Virus record (IMG/VR): IMGVR_UViG_3300046674_000314
Span: 9,181 to 73,180 of that record
From: a virus
Reading direction: 5' to 3' (one strand)
Length of the DNA: 64,000 nt
Shown here: positions 1-8,135 of the stretch, piece after piece
Numbering within the stretch: position 1 is the first letter of the stretch
How the letters are laid out: the number at the start of each line of letters is the position of its first letter
The notes under the pieces: model-generated
Databases searched by the model: none
Told to the model about the DNA's origin: nothing
The model's input: the letters and a program-made list of their open reading frames with translations, nothing else
Position numbers and translations under genes: made by a program

Positions 1-1
1 G

Positions 2-148
2 AAATGGCAGGTTCTTATTCGAAGCGATGGCGCATCGAAATATTTGGGCTTGTTTCCGACTGAGATTGAAGCTGCGCGCGCATACGATGCGGCAAGTGTG
101 AAATTGCATGGTGAACACGGACGAACGAACTTCGCGCGGGTGAATTAA
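2..148 (+). CDS. C-terminal AP2 DNA-binding domain, probably of an HNH-AP2 endonuclease (5'-truncated by the window)
   Basis: Manual frame-2 translation [44 protein letters not shown] matches the AP2 pattern [13 protein letters not shown]...LHG. Confidence 0.8.
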   Translation, partial: KWQVLIRSDGASKYLGLFPTEIEAARAYDAASVKLHGEHGRTNFARVN

Positions 149-312
149 CCCGGTGACGCGCGCGAGGTCCTTTGCTGGTGGTGCTCGCGCCCGCACTTGG
201 TCGGGGCGCGCTGCTGCTCTCCTACGCGCTCCAATGCTTGATGTATCGGAACGCGTCAAGGGCGGCGAACCCTTGCGCGCGAAGGTGGCGGTAGTACGCG
301 AGGCGGGTCATG

Positions 313-570
313 TTAAGCGAACAGGTCGATTTGCGTCGACTCGATCACTTCTTCGACTTCCGCCTCTTCGACGTAGTTCGCAACGTAGATCGCTTCGGCT
401 TCGTCGCTCGCTGCCAGGGCTGCGTTGAAAACCGCCTTTGCTGCCAAGAATTCGTCGTCGCCGATTTCCAGCGCGCGGTATGCCGCGGTCACGGCGCGAA
501 ACTTTGCCGAAGCTGCGCGGAAAGTGTCGAGCGCTGCGTCGTATGCGATTTGGTTTGCGTTCATTTTCAT
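313..570 (-). CDS. small acidic Ala-rich phage hypothetical protein
   Basis: 85-aa ORF with GGAGA RBS; a TTGACT-type -35 lies upstream (~630-635). Confidence 0.65.
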   Translation of the reverse strand: MKMNANQIAYDAALDTFRAASAKFRAVTAAYRALEIGDDEFLAAKAVFNAALAASDEAEAIYVANYVEEAEVEEVIESTQIDLFA

Positions 571-651
571 CTCTCCGGTTCTGCGCTGCGGTCAGCGCGT
601 GAGACAAATACTCTCACGGAGAGATGGCACAGTCAATAACTATTTTCGCTG

Positions 652-939
652 TTAGTTCAGCATCGCGCCGGTTCGCGCGTCCCAATGCTGAATCTTGACG
701 ACGTGATTGCAATCGTCACCTGTGCAAATGCCGGGAATGCTCTGAATCCGCTTCGACGCATAGCGCTCGTTCGCCTCGGAAATCTTCGCGCGCTGGCGCT
801 CTTCGTCGAGATGCCGGCATGAGCGCATGCCATCGGACCAGATGACGCCATCGGGACACTTTTCATCGGGCGGGCTGTAAATGACGGCGTGCGCGTTGAG
901 CGAAGCTGCGGCGAGAACTGCGGCGATTATCGTTTTCAT
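652..939 (-). CDS. putative secreted protein
   Basis: Signal-peptide-like start MKTIIAAVLAAASLNAHA; four Cys. Confidence 0.6.
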   Translation of the reverse strand: MKTIIAAVLAAASLNAHAVIYSPPDEKCPDGVIWSDGMRSCRHLDEERQRAKISEANERYASKRIQSIPGICTGDDCNHVVKIQHWDARTGAMLN

Positions 940-1038
940 GGTCTCTCTCGTGATGCCCTGGCGGGCGTGAGATTCGATTCTAGCGCGCAAACGGCCCGCC
1001 ATCCGGTCGGATGACGAGCGCATGACGCAGAGTATCGG

Positions 1039-1305
1039 TTAGAGGTCGCGAGCGTCTAGGCGCTCGTGCTCTGCGCATATTGCGGCGGTTTCTTCGAGGC
1101 GCATCGCCTTCCAGCGTTCGAGCGAGTCAATCACGTCTTGAACGTCGCGCTCGATGCCCTTGTGACCGCGACCGCCGGCGACGAGCAGCTTTTTCGTCGC
1201 GTGTTGCAGGCACGGATCGGTCACAGCGAACAGGTCGAGCACGCGATAGACGTCGATCGACTCGAACGGGCACGGCTTGAAGTAGTGGTTATGCGGCTTG
1301 CTCAT
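1039..1305 (-). CDS. conserved phage protein (HYFK...IDVYRVL..F.VTDPC.QHA.KKLL.AG.RG family)
   Basis: Recognisable widespread phage motif; ATGA-type overlap with the upstream gene. Confidence 0.7.
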   Translation of the reverse strand: MSKPHNHYFKPCPFESIDVYRVLDLFAVTDPCLQHATKKLLVAGGRGHKGIERDVQDVIDSLERWKAMRLEETAAICAEHERLDARDL

Positions 1306-2381
1306 TTGCGCTCCTTCACTGCCTGCTCGATGGCGCTCATCGCCGCGTTATAGAACGTCGCACCCGGAATCCGCGAGCATTCTGCGTGAACCTGTTGCGC
1401 GATTTCCTTTGCTCGCTCATCCGTCAGCGCACGCGGCTCGGCACGCTCAGGCGTCTCCTTGTTCGCGGCTAGGATTGCGCGGGCGAATTCGAGAATCGCG
1501 AAAGGTGCCGCTTGTTCGTCGAAACCTGTCTCACGCAACCATATGTCCCGAATCTGCTCATCCGTCAGCGCCGCATCCTTCCCGGCGTCCGCACGCTCCT
1601 GACTCGCGCCTGCTGCAATAAACGCTTCGTTTGCTGCTCTGGTCATTTTCTCTGCGACCCATTCGATAAAATCGACGGGAAGAGGCACCCCATCAGTTTC
1701 GCAAAGCATTACGACCTGATCGTAAGTCCACGCCCCCGCTGTGTCGGCGTCCGCACGCTCACTCGCGCCTGCTGCTGTGCTAGGGGCGGCCGGTAGCGGC
1801 ATCCAGTGCGTGATGTGCGATGCGTCTCCGACTCGGCCCATCATGTTTTCGAAGTAACCGCCATGATCGCGCCATTGACAGAAATCGTGATCGGATACGT
1901 CCGCCTCGAATTGACGCCCTTCGTCCGATTCGCCATATTGAACAGCGTTCACCCACCCCAAGAACATGCGCCCATCTTTCGGCGCTGTTTCAATTGGCTG
2001 CCACGCCACCGCTGTTTCGGCGTCCGCACGCTCAGGCGTAGGGGCGGCGGATTGGCTGTACTCGCATCGGCAACCGGCGCAAATGTCGGCGGGATTGCAA
2101 GCGCTTTCCGGCTCCGGCTGCGCCTCACGCGGTGCGCACTCGGCTTGCGGGGTGGTGAGTGGCGTCGTGTAATCGCCTCCGCTTTTAAGCCGATCAAGCA
2201 GAATGTCGATCGGTTGCGCCTCACCCTTGCCACCATCGGCTAGAAGGGCGCGGGCTTCCTCGTCTCGCGCGCGGATCAAGTCGTTTGCGGCTTCATACAC
2301 GTAATCCTTGAGGTCATCTTGACCTTCTTTGATCGTGAAGCCACGCTGCATGAAAATTGTGCGTATTTGATCTTTTGTCAT
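1302..2381 (-). CDS. repeat-linked modular phage protein with a DUF551-like module
   Basis: WQPIETAPKDG...ITHWMPLPAAP module between linkers PQAECAPREAQP, PTPERAD, ERADADTAG and ERADAGKDAA. Confidence 0.8.
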   Translation of the reverse strand: MTKDQIRTIFMQRGFTIKEGQDDLKDYVYEAANDLIRARDEEARALLADGGKGEAQPIDILLDRLKSGGDYTTPLTTPQAECAPREAQPEPESACNPADICAGCRCEYSQSAAPTPERADAETAVAWQPIETAPKDGRMFLGWVNAVQYGESDEGRQFEADVSDHDFCQWRDHGGYFENMMGRVGDASHITHWMPLPAAPSTAAGASERADADTAGAWTYDQVVMLCETDGVPLPVDFIEWVAEKMTRAANEAFIAAGASQERADAGKDAALTDEQIRDIWLRETGFDEQAAPFAILEFARAILAANKETPERAEPRALTDERAKEIAQQVHAECSRIPGATFYNAAMSAIEQAVKERK

Positions 2382-2938
2382 TTCTTCTCCTTAGCGGCCA
2401 AGGATTGCGCGGCAAAGGGTCATTAAGTCTTTGCAATCGATTCTGAATTCGCCGTCAACCCAATACCCGCCTGATATTTCAATCTCGTGCTCGATCCGCG
2501 CATCCGTCAGCGCCGCATCCTTTTCGGCGTCCGCACGCTCTTCCGATTTCATCCCGTCTTGTTGCAAGCGGCGCAGATGATCGTCAAGTCCTTTCTGCTT
2601 CAGTGCGTCGCGCTCACTCGCCCCCGCTGTGTCGGCGTCCGCATGCTCAGGCGTAGGGGCGGCGCTTTTAAGACAAGCAAAGCATCCGTTCCCACCGCAA
2701 TGAGCGCACGGGGTATCAAAAGTGCCGTCATAGTTGAGCGTTGTTCTCGGCCCCACCGGCTGCGCACGCTCAGGCGTAGGGGATGCGAGACTTTCAATCA
2801 AGTCTGCAAGTTCGGCGCAATCTTTACCGGTGAAAAACGGCTTGCCTTTGTCGAGATATTCGTGAGCGCGTCGAAGATCACGGAGCCATTGGTCTACCGG
2901 CTGCGCCTCACGCGGTGCGCACTCGGCTTGCGGGGTGG
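1455..2938. repeat. dispersed in-frame linker repeats (core gtccgcacgctc, encoding ERAD) shared with 63219-63796
   Basis: 41-bp unit at 2115-2155, 2898-2938 and 63756-63796; 27-bp unit at 2022-2048, 2637-2663 and 63636-63662; further units at ~1559-1598, 2501-2540, ~63357-63386 and ~1733, 2622, 63536. Confidence 0.9.
2115..2359. repeat. 245-bp direct repeat, copy 1 (copy 2 at 63756-64000)
   Basis: Identical at offset 61641 except one A/G difference (2232 vs 63873). Confidence 0.95.
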
Positions 2939-3059
2939 CGTCCTGCCATCCACGATAGAACGATTCTTCTCGTGCGTATGCAGAGCAGGCGCTGTTGTGG
3001 CAAGTACGCGAATATTCAATGTCAGTCAGGCCGCAGTGAGGACACGTTTCAATGGTCAT
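2391..3059 (-). CDS. repeat-linked modular phage protein with Cys-rich modules
   Basis: CPHC...CHNSAC and CAHCGGNGCFAC modules between the same linkers as 1302-2381. Confidence 0.8.
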   Translation of the reverse strand: MTIETCPHCGLTDIEYSRTCHNSACSAYAREESFYRGWQDATPQAECAPREAQPVDQWLRDLRRAHEYLDKGKPFFTGKDCAELADLIESLASPTPERAQPVGPRTTLNYDGTFDTPCAHCGGNGCFACLKSAAPTPEHADADTAGASERDALKQKGLDDHLRRLQQDGMKSEERADAEKDAALTDARIEHEIEISGGYWVDGEFRIDCKDLMTLCRAILGR

Positions 3060-3083
3060 TTCTTCTAACACTCCTTTGGTTAG

Positions 3084-4001
3084 TCATGCGAACAACTCTG
3101 GCTGACGGTCGAGAAACCTCTTATCCTCTGTGGTCAGGCGCTTGCCTAGCTCGCTGTATCCCCAAGCGTTATAAGCCCAGCGCGCATAAGTATTATCTCG
3201 CAAACGATCGATTTCGAAACCTTGATCTTGTATGCGTTTTTCGACCGCTTGGGACATTAGCGGCGCGAGATTGTCGTAATGCTGGCCCGCAACTTTCGCG
3301 TTCGGAGACTGGGAGGAAAACGCCAGAGTCTTACCGTCCATGAATATGTTCCCGTGCGCACCGATCTGAACCCACGACGAGGAGTCGACGGAATACCATG
3401 GGTACCGCTCCATGAGTGGGGTGCTGGTAAGCCCGAAGCCATGTACCTTGATCTTTGGACGGCCAGCCCCATCGCAAAGGTACTTGCCCCAAATTCTGTC
3501 CAGCCAATGAAATAGTTGTGGAGTACTAATAGGCACCATACCGCCGATGGTAATGTATTCATAGTTCGCCATGTAATACTCTAGGTACCGCTCGTCCTCG
3601 CCATAGTGAAAGCATGGGAGCGGGCGAACGCCAAGCTGTTCCATAGCGAGTTGATTTTGATAGGTCTTCAATGGGTCACCAATACCGTCAAGTACGGATG
3701 CCATCATATCGTTATTTTCGTATCGGATCAGGTCCGAATTATGGTGTATCCATTGGCAGTACGCCGGAAGGTTGACGTCCACCCCCAATGAGAAAGCAGA
3801 GAAGGCGCCCGAGTCGAGGAACACCTTGCGACCGCTTTCTCGTATGCGGTCTCGAAACGCATCTTTGTGAATGTAGTGGTACGATTCGAGATAGTTATCG
3901 ACCGAATCAAGCGCCATCTGTTCATGATTATTGAGCTTGTCATATGCGGTCGACCCCTTATAGAAGTTCGCAGTGAAAATACCGGCGATGTAGAGATTCA
4001 T
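3084..4001 (-). CDS. dpdA: DpdA, TGT-fold DNA 7-deazaguanine transglycosylase
   Basis: FLDSGAFSA, IGGMV, VHGFG and SVDSSSW motifs; adjacent to folE/queD/queC/queE. Confidence 0.85.
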   Translation of the reverse strand: MNLYIAGIFTANFYKGSTAYDKLNNHEQMALDSVDNYLESYHYIHKDAFRDRIRESGRKVFLDSGAFSAFSLGVDVNLPAYCQWIHHNSDLIRYENNDMMASVLDGIGDPLKTYQNQLAMEQLGVRPLPCFHYGEDERYLEYYMANYEYITIGGMVPISTPQLFHWLDRIWGKYLCDGAGRPKIKVHGFGLTSTPLMERYPWYSVDSSSWVQIGAHGNIFMDGKTLAFSSQSPNAKVAGQHYDNLAPLMSQAVEKRIQDQGFEIDRLRDNTYARWAYNAWGYSELGKRLTTEDKRFLDRQPELFA

Positions 4002-4222
4002 TTGACCTCACTCCGCACGCCATCGGGGCAATCATAAACATAGACGTATTCTGCAAGCTTACCATGACGGCGCCCGGTTGGTTGCTGAGTGATTAGCTCG
4101 CAACCATGTGATTCTAAGAACTTTTCGTGCTTAATGGAATCGTAGGTTGCAATTCCCAGCCCGGCAGCTACCACAATCAAAATTGCGATCAAAGTCACGC
4201 TCAACCAGGTGTCTTCTTTCAT
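3998..4222 (-). CDS. small membrane-anchored hypothetical protein
   Basis: N-terminal hydrophobic helix; translationally coupled to dpdA. Confidence 0.65.
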   Translation of the reverse strand: MKEDTWLSVTLIAILIVVAAGLGIATYDSIKHEKFLESHGCELITQQPTGRRHGKLAEYVYVYDCPDGVRSEVK

Positions 4223-4228
4223 GGCGGA

Positions 4229-4882
4229 TTACTCGTTGGTTAAGGCCAGAAATTCAGCGCGGGCGGCTGGTTCAGTTTTCATCACGCCGCGCAATGCGCA
4301 CGTCACAGTATCGGAGTTATGCTGGGCGACTCCACGCGACTCGACGCACATATGCTTTGCATTGATGTGGACACCAACCCCCTTCGGGTTCAAATGCTCC
4401 ATCAACGCGTCAGCAATTTGCGTCGTCAATCGCTCTTGGACTTGGAGTCGTCGCGCGAAGGCGTCAGCAAGCCGGTCCAGCTTACTAAGACCAAGCACCC
4501 GACCATTCGGGATATAAGCGATGGTACAGCTTCCGATGATAGGAGCCAGATGGTGCTCGCAATGACTATAAATGCGAATATTCTTCCGCACGACCATTTC
4601 GTCATAGCCTTCGGCCCCATCGTCGAATACCTTCAGCAGCCCGCCAATGTCCACATGGTAGCCGCTGGTCCAATGTTCCCAAGCCTTTGCGACCCGCTTG
4701 GGCGTTTCGAGCAACCCACCGCGCTCGGGGTTCTCGCCGATCACAACGTCCAGCAGATTGCGCACGACTTGCTCTTTCAGGCTTCGCGCGCTCGGGACTC
4801 GCCCAACCGCAGCGGTCATGCTATTGGCGCGGTTGAACAGAAGCGGGGAACCTTCATCTTCAGGGAAAAGATCGTTTTTCAT
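4229..4882 (-). CDS. folE: GTP cyclohydrolase I
   Basis: GLLETPKRVAK, SHCEHHL, GLSKL.R, RRLQVQERLT and HMCVESRG motifs. Confidence 0.97.
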   Translation of the reverse strand: MKNDLFPEDEGSPLLFNRANSMTAAVGRVPSARSLKEQVVRNLLDVVIGENPERGGLLETPKRVAKAWEHWTSGYHVDIGGLLKVFDDGAEGYDEMVVRKNIRIYSHCEHHLAPIIGSCTIAYIPNGRVLGLSKLDRLADAFARRLQVQERLTTQIADALMEHLNPKGVGVHINAKHMCVESRGVAQHNSDTVTCALRGVMKTEPAARAEFLALTNE

Positions 4883-5377
4883 TTAGTCTTGGAATGCGCT
4901 AGGAAAAGCCAGTTTTTCGGGAATGTAGATTGCGCTGTTGCCCGCATGCTCGGAGCACTCGCAAGATACGACTTTCAGCCCATAGGCTGAAACAGCGCCG
5001 CTGTAATCCGCATTAATGACGGAGTTGGCAATCTCCCACGCTTCTTCTGCAAAGCGCTCGACACCGACACCCTTATGAAAAATGCGGACTTCAGCAACCC
5101 CGGCGCGTTCCATTGCCATGAACAGGCCCATATCAGGATCGTCATAGGCGACGGCAATCTTGTGGTCAAAAGTCGCTTTGAGTGCGTCTTTCAGCGCTTT
5201 AAGCCCGCCAAAGTCCATCACCCAGCCACGTTCGTCCAGCCTATCAGCGCTGAACACGAACTTGAACCCGAGCGCGTAGCCATGCACCAACTGGCAATGG
5301 GAGTGGTTGGCTCGCCATTGCCGGAAAGCGCACGAAAGCCCTTGTTCCTGCCCGTAGGATTTCGTTGAGAGATACAT
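4883..5377 (-). CDS. queD: 6-carboxy-5,6,7,8-tetrahydropterin synthase
   Basis: HC..VHGY, WVMDFGGLK and FDHK motifs; cluster context. Confidence 0.9.
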   Translation of the reverse strand: MYLSTKSYGQEQGLSCAFRQWRANHSHCQLVHGYALGFKFVFSADRLDERGWVMDFGGLKALKDALKATFDHKIAVAYDDPDMGLFMAMERAGVAEVRIFHKGVGVERFAEEAWEIANSVINADYSGAVSAYGLKVVSCECSEHAGNSAIYIPEKLAFPSAFQD

Positions 5378-6051
5378 TAGACCGTTTCTCCTGCCTTATA
5401 CTGCTCCCAGCCATTCGCGCGCAGCTTACATGCCGGGCACTCGCCGCAACCCGCACCCCATTCGTGCGAGAGTTGCCGGTCGCCTTCGTAGCAGGTATGC
5501 GACATGGTCAACACTTCGTCAAGCACCCCCGCTTCCTTAGCCGCTGCGAACGTTTCGGCCTTGTTCAGATACATTAGCGGAGTGGCGAAATGAATGTTGG
5601 TCTGGTAACCGATATTCAGCGCATTTTCCAGAGCAACGATGAACTGTTGACGGCAATCCGGATAGCCCGAATAATCGGTCTGGCACATTCCACCGATGAC
5701 AGTATCCGCGCCTTTTTCTTGCGCGTATGCGTGCGCGAAGGTCAGCAGCAGCGCATTACGATTCGGCACGAAACTGTTGGGAACGCCGGTCATACGCGAA
5801 TGCGGGTCAGCAACCGCGTCCGTTTCATTCGTCAACGCCGACGAGACCATTGAACCGAGCGCGCGCAAATTCAGAATTTCATACGGAACGTTGAGCTTCG
5901 CTGCGATCTTCTTGGCTTGTAGCAGTTCGACCAGATGGCGTTGCCCGTAATCGAACCCGAGAGCCAGCACTTCGTAGCCATTTGCAAGAGCCATGCCGAG
6001 AATGGTGGTCGAGTCTTGCCCACCCGAGAACAGAACGATAGCTTTGGACAT
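5377..6051 (-). CDS. queC: 7-cyano-7-deazaguanine (preQ0) synthase
   Basis: FSGGQDS, DYGQRH, VPNRN, YPDCR and C.....CGECPAC motifs; no N-terminal GAT domain. Confidence 0.97.
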   Translation of the reverse strand: MSKAIVLFSGGQDSTTILGMALANGYEVLALGFDYGQRHLVELLQAKKIAAKLNVPYEILNLRALGSMVSSALTNETDAVADPHSRMTGVPNSFVPNRNALLLTFAHAYAQEKGADTVIGGMCQTDYSGYPDCRQQFIVALENALNIGYQTNIHFATPLMYLNKAETFAAAKEAGVLDEVLTMSHTCYEGDRQLSHEWGAGCGECPACKLRANGWEQYKAGETV

Positions 6052-6060
6052 TTGATGTTC

Positions 6061-6141
6061 CTAGTTGAGATAGAAGTACAGACCGGTCAGCAGAGCGGCC
6101 CAACCGAGCAACGAGTATGCAGCGACTTGGACGGGATTCAT
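6061..6141 (-). CDS. 26-aa hydrophobic micropeptide (MNPVQVAAYSLLGWAALLTGLYFYLN)
   Basis: Manual translation; fills the queE-queC gap; not in the ORF track. Confidence 0.45.
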   Translation of the reverse strand: MNPVQVAAYSLLGWAALLTGLYFYLN

Positions 6142-6149
6142 TTTTGTAT

Positions 6150-6911
6150 TTACTCCATTCCGATCAGCTTATGCGTCTGCAAGCAAAGTATATATCCAAA
6201 TTGCATTGTAGACTTAATGGCACGGCGTAGATTCATCTCGTTCTTTTGTTCATCTGCTTCGTAGAGATTCGTCGTGTACTGCACCGTGTTCTTTTCTTCG
6301 GCGGGCTGCACATAGATCGGCCCGCGATATCCCTCATGCGGCCTTGCGGGGGCGGCTGGCAAGCCCAATACGGAGCTTGGCAAGCCATCTTTTTCCAGCA
6401 CCGAGCCAGCATTGACCACATATTTATACGCGATAATCAGGGGCCAAAGGTCTTCATGTACCTTGCCAGCTTTGGGGCTGACAACTACGCCAAATTGCGG
6501 GTGCTTTTTCGGGATCGGTTCGCGGCCCCACGGCGAGAGCGTGCCATTCGTCTCGACCTGCACTTCAAACCGGTTGACGCGCAAGCCTTTGATTAGCGGG
6601 ATGATGTTCTGCCGGAAAGGTTCGCCGCCCGTGATGACTACCAGCGGATTAGCCACGGACTCGTAACTAGCACCCATTGTAGCGATTGCTCGCGTAACGA
6701 TGCTTCCGACTGATTCGTAGGCGCTTCCAGCTGTGTACTCAGTATCGCAACCAGGACACTGTAGATTACAACCAGCGAGCCGAATAAAAACAGCTGGGCG
6801 TCCGACATGTGGCCCTTCCCCTTGGATGGTATAGAAGATCGAATGGATCGACAGGTCGCCATTCTCCGAACGCTCGGACTTAACCGGCGCTTGCTTATTG
6901 ATTGGGATCAT
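6150..6911 (-). CDS. queE: 7-carboxy-7-deazaguanine synthase (radical SAM)
   Basis: IFYTIQGEG, FIRLAGCNLQCPGCDT, ITGGEP, ETNG and QTHK motifs. Confidence 0.97.
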   Translation of the reverse strand: MIPINKQAPVKSERSENGDLSIHSIFYTIQGEGPHVGRPAVFIRLAGCNLQCPGCDTEYTAGSAYESVGSIVTRAIATMGASYESVANPLVVITGGEPFRQNIIPLIKGLRVNRFEVQVETNGTLSPWGREPIPKKHPQFGVVVSPKAGKVHEDLWPLIIAYKYVVNAGSVLEKDGLPSSVLGLPAAPARPHEGYRGPIYVQPAEEKNTVQYTTNLYEADEQKNEMNLRRAIKSTMQFGYILCLQTHKLIGME

Positions 6912-7138
6912 GAAACTAGACTACTCCGACTAAGGGATCGGCACTATTGCCGGTGTCGAATGATAGTGGAACATTCCACTGCGCAGCGCTCTACCGTTTC
7001 TGCCCATAAGAGCCAACCGCCCGGGTGCGTAATTGGTTGTCATGGCGTCAAAGCGCTGCGCGGTGGAGGCACGGATTGCGGAACTATGGACCGTGCCAAT
7101 ACCAATGTGGCTAAATTCCTACTCTGCGCGAGATTCGA

Positions 7139-7834
7139 TTACTCGGTTGCTGCGGCGCCGGCTGCATCGTCGGCTTCCGTACCCGGCAGTTCTTGCTGGG
7201 GTGCAGCAGCTTGGGCGGCTTGGGCTGCGGCTGCGGCCTTCGCTTCGTCGGCGACTTTCTTTTCCGCTTCCTTGTTCGCCTTGTCCGCGTCCTTCTTGGC
7301 CTTCAGTTCGGCTTTTTCCGCCTTCTTCGTTTCGCGGATCGAGTCGAGTCGAGCACGGCGAGCTTCGCGCGTTTCCGACAGACCGTAATACTTGCGCCAG
7401 CGGCCGTACTGCGTATGGACCGTGCCGGTTTGCACTGCGCCGTTCAGCGCTGCCGTCAGCACTGCGCGCTCGACCGGACCACCAGCAGCTTGCGACAGCT
7501 TGTCGGCTTCGTCCCACACTTGCTTGGTCACGCCAGCTTGCGGGCGCGCGATGCCATTGCGTTCGTCCTTGGCGACCGGTGCGGGCTTGGCTTTCGCCGC
7601 TTCCTTTTCCGCCTTCTTCGCTGCCTTGTCGGCTTCGGCTTGCTTCTTCGCTTCGGCCTTCACGCGCTTGGCTTCTTCGTTCGCTGCCTTCTTCGCCGCT
7701 TTGTCGGCGTCGGCTTGCGCCTTCTTGTCGGCCTTGGCTTGTTCGGCTTCGGTCGGCTGCGGCGCCGGATTGACTTGCGTGTTGTCGGTTTGCGGAGCTT
7801 GTTCCTGATCCGGCGTCGTTTGATCTTCGTTCAT
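7139..7834 (-). CDS. Lys/Ala-rich histone-like protein with a VW..AD...G...GT..TQ..RW domain (paralog 1)
   Basis: KA-rich low-complexity flanks around GVTKQVWDEAD...TGTVHTQYGRWRK. Confidence 0.8.
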   Translation of the reverse strand: MNEDQTTPDQEQAPQTDNTQVNPAPQPTEAEQAKADKKAQADADKAAKKAANEEAKRVKAEAKKQAEADKAAKKAEKEAAKAKPAPVAKDERNGIARPQAGVTKQVWDEADKLSQAAGGPVERAVLTAALNGAVQTGTVHTQYGRWRKYYGLSETREARRARLDSIRETKKAEKAELKAKKDADKANKEAEKKVADEAKAAAAAQAAQAAAPQQELPGTEADDAAGAAATE

Positions 7835-7940
7835 GGTAATCCTTTGTGGTGAGAGCGATTCGGGCACCGGCGTTTTAGCTCTGGTGTGAATGAATCATAA
7901 TTGAGAACAGCGTCTAAATGCAAGACACTTTGATGTACCT

Positions 7941-8135
7941 CTACTTCTTTTCCGGCGCTTCCATTCCGAACTCGCGGGCCTCATTTCGAGCTAGGATAAA
8001 AGCATGCGCGGCGGTCCAGAGATAGCCAGCCCCTAACACATTAGGGCACGCACTGATCCGATAATACCCGTCGATCAGTTGGATATGCGGTTTGTTCCAT
8101 CGCGGCGCCCGCATGGTTTTGTTCGAAAAGCCCAT
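7941..8135 (-). CDS. hypothetical protein
   Basis: Short ORF in the operon, coupled to the upstream stop. Confidence 0.5.
   Translation of the reverse strand: MGFSNKTMRAPRWNKPHIQLIDGYYRISACPNVLGAGYLWTAAHAFILARNEAREFGMEAPEKK

Noticed and set aside
1585-2540. Linker core GAGCGTGCGGAC contains the promoter -35 hexamer CGTGCG
   Set aside because: No TATAAT 17-18 bp downstream in the copies checked; probably coincidence.
1455-2938. CRISPR array interpretation of the repeats
   Set aside because: The repeats are of several types, irregularly spaced and in frame within ORFs; there is no cas operon.
6912-7138. Known preQ1 riboswitch or tRNA
   Set aside because: No preQ1-I stem with A-rich tail and no cloverleaf or T-loop; kept only as an unclassified structured leader.
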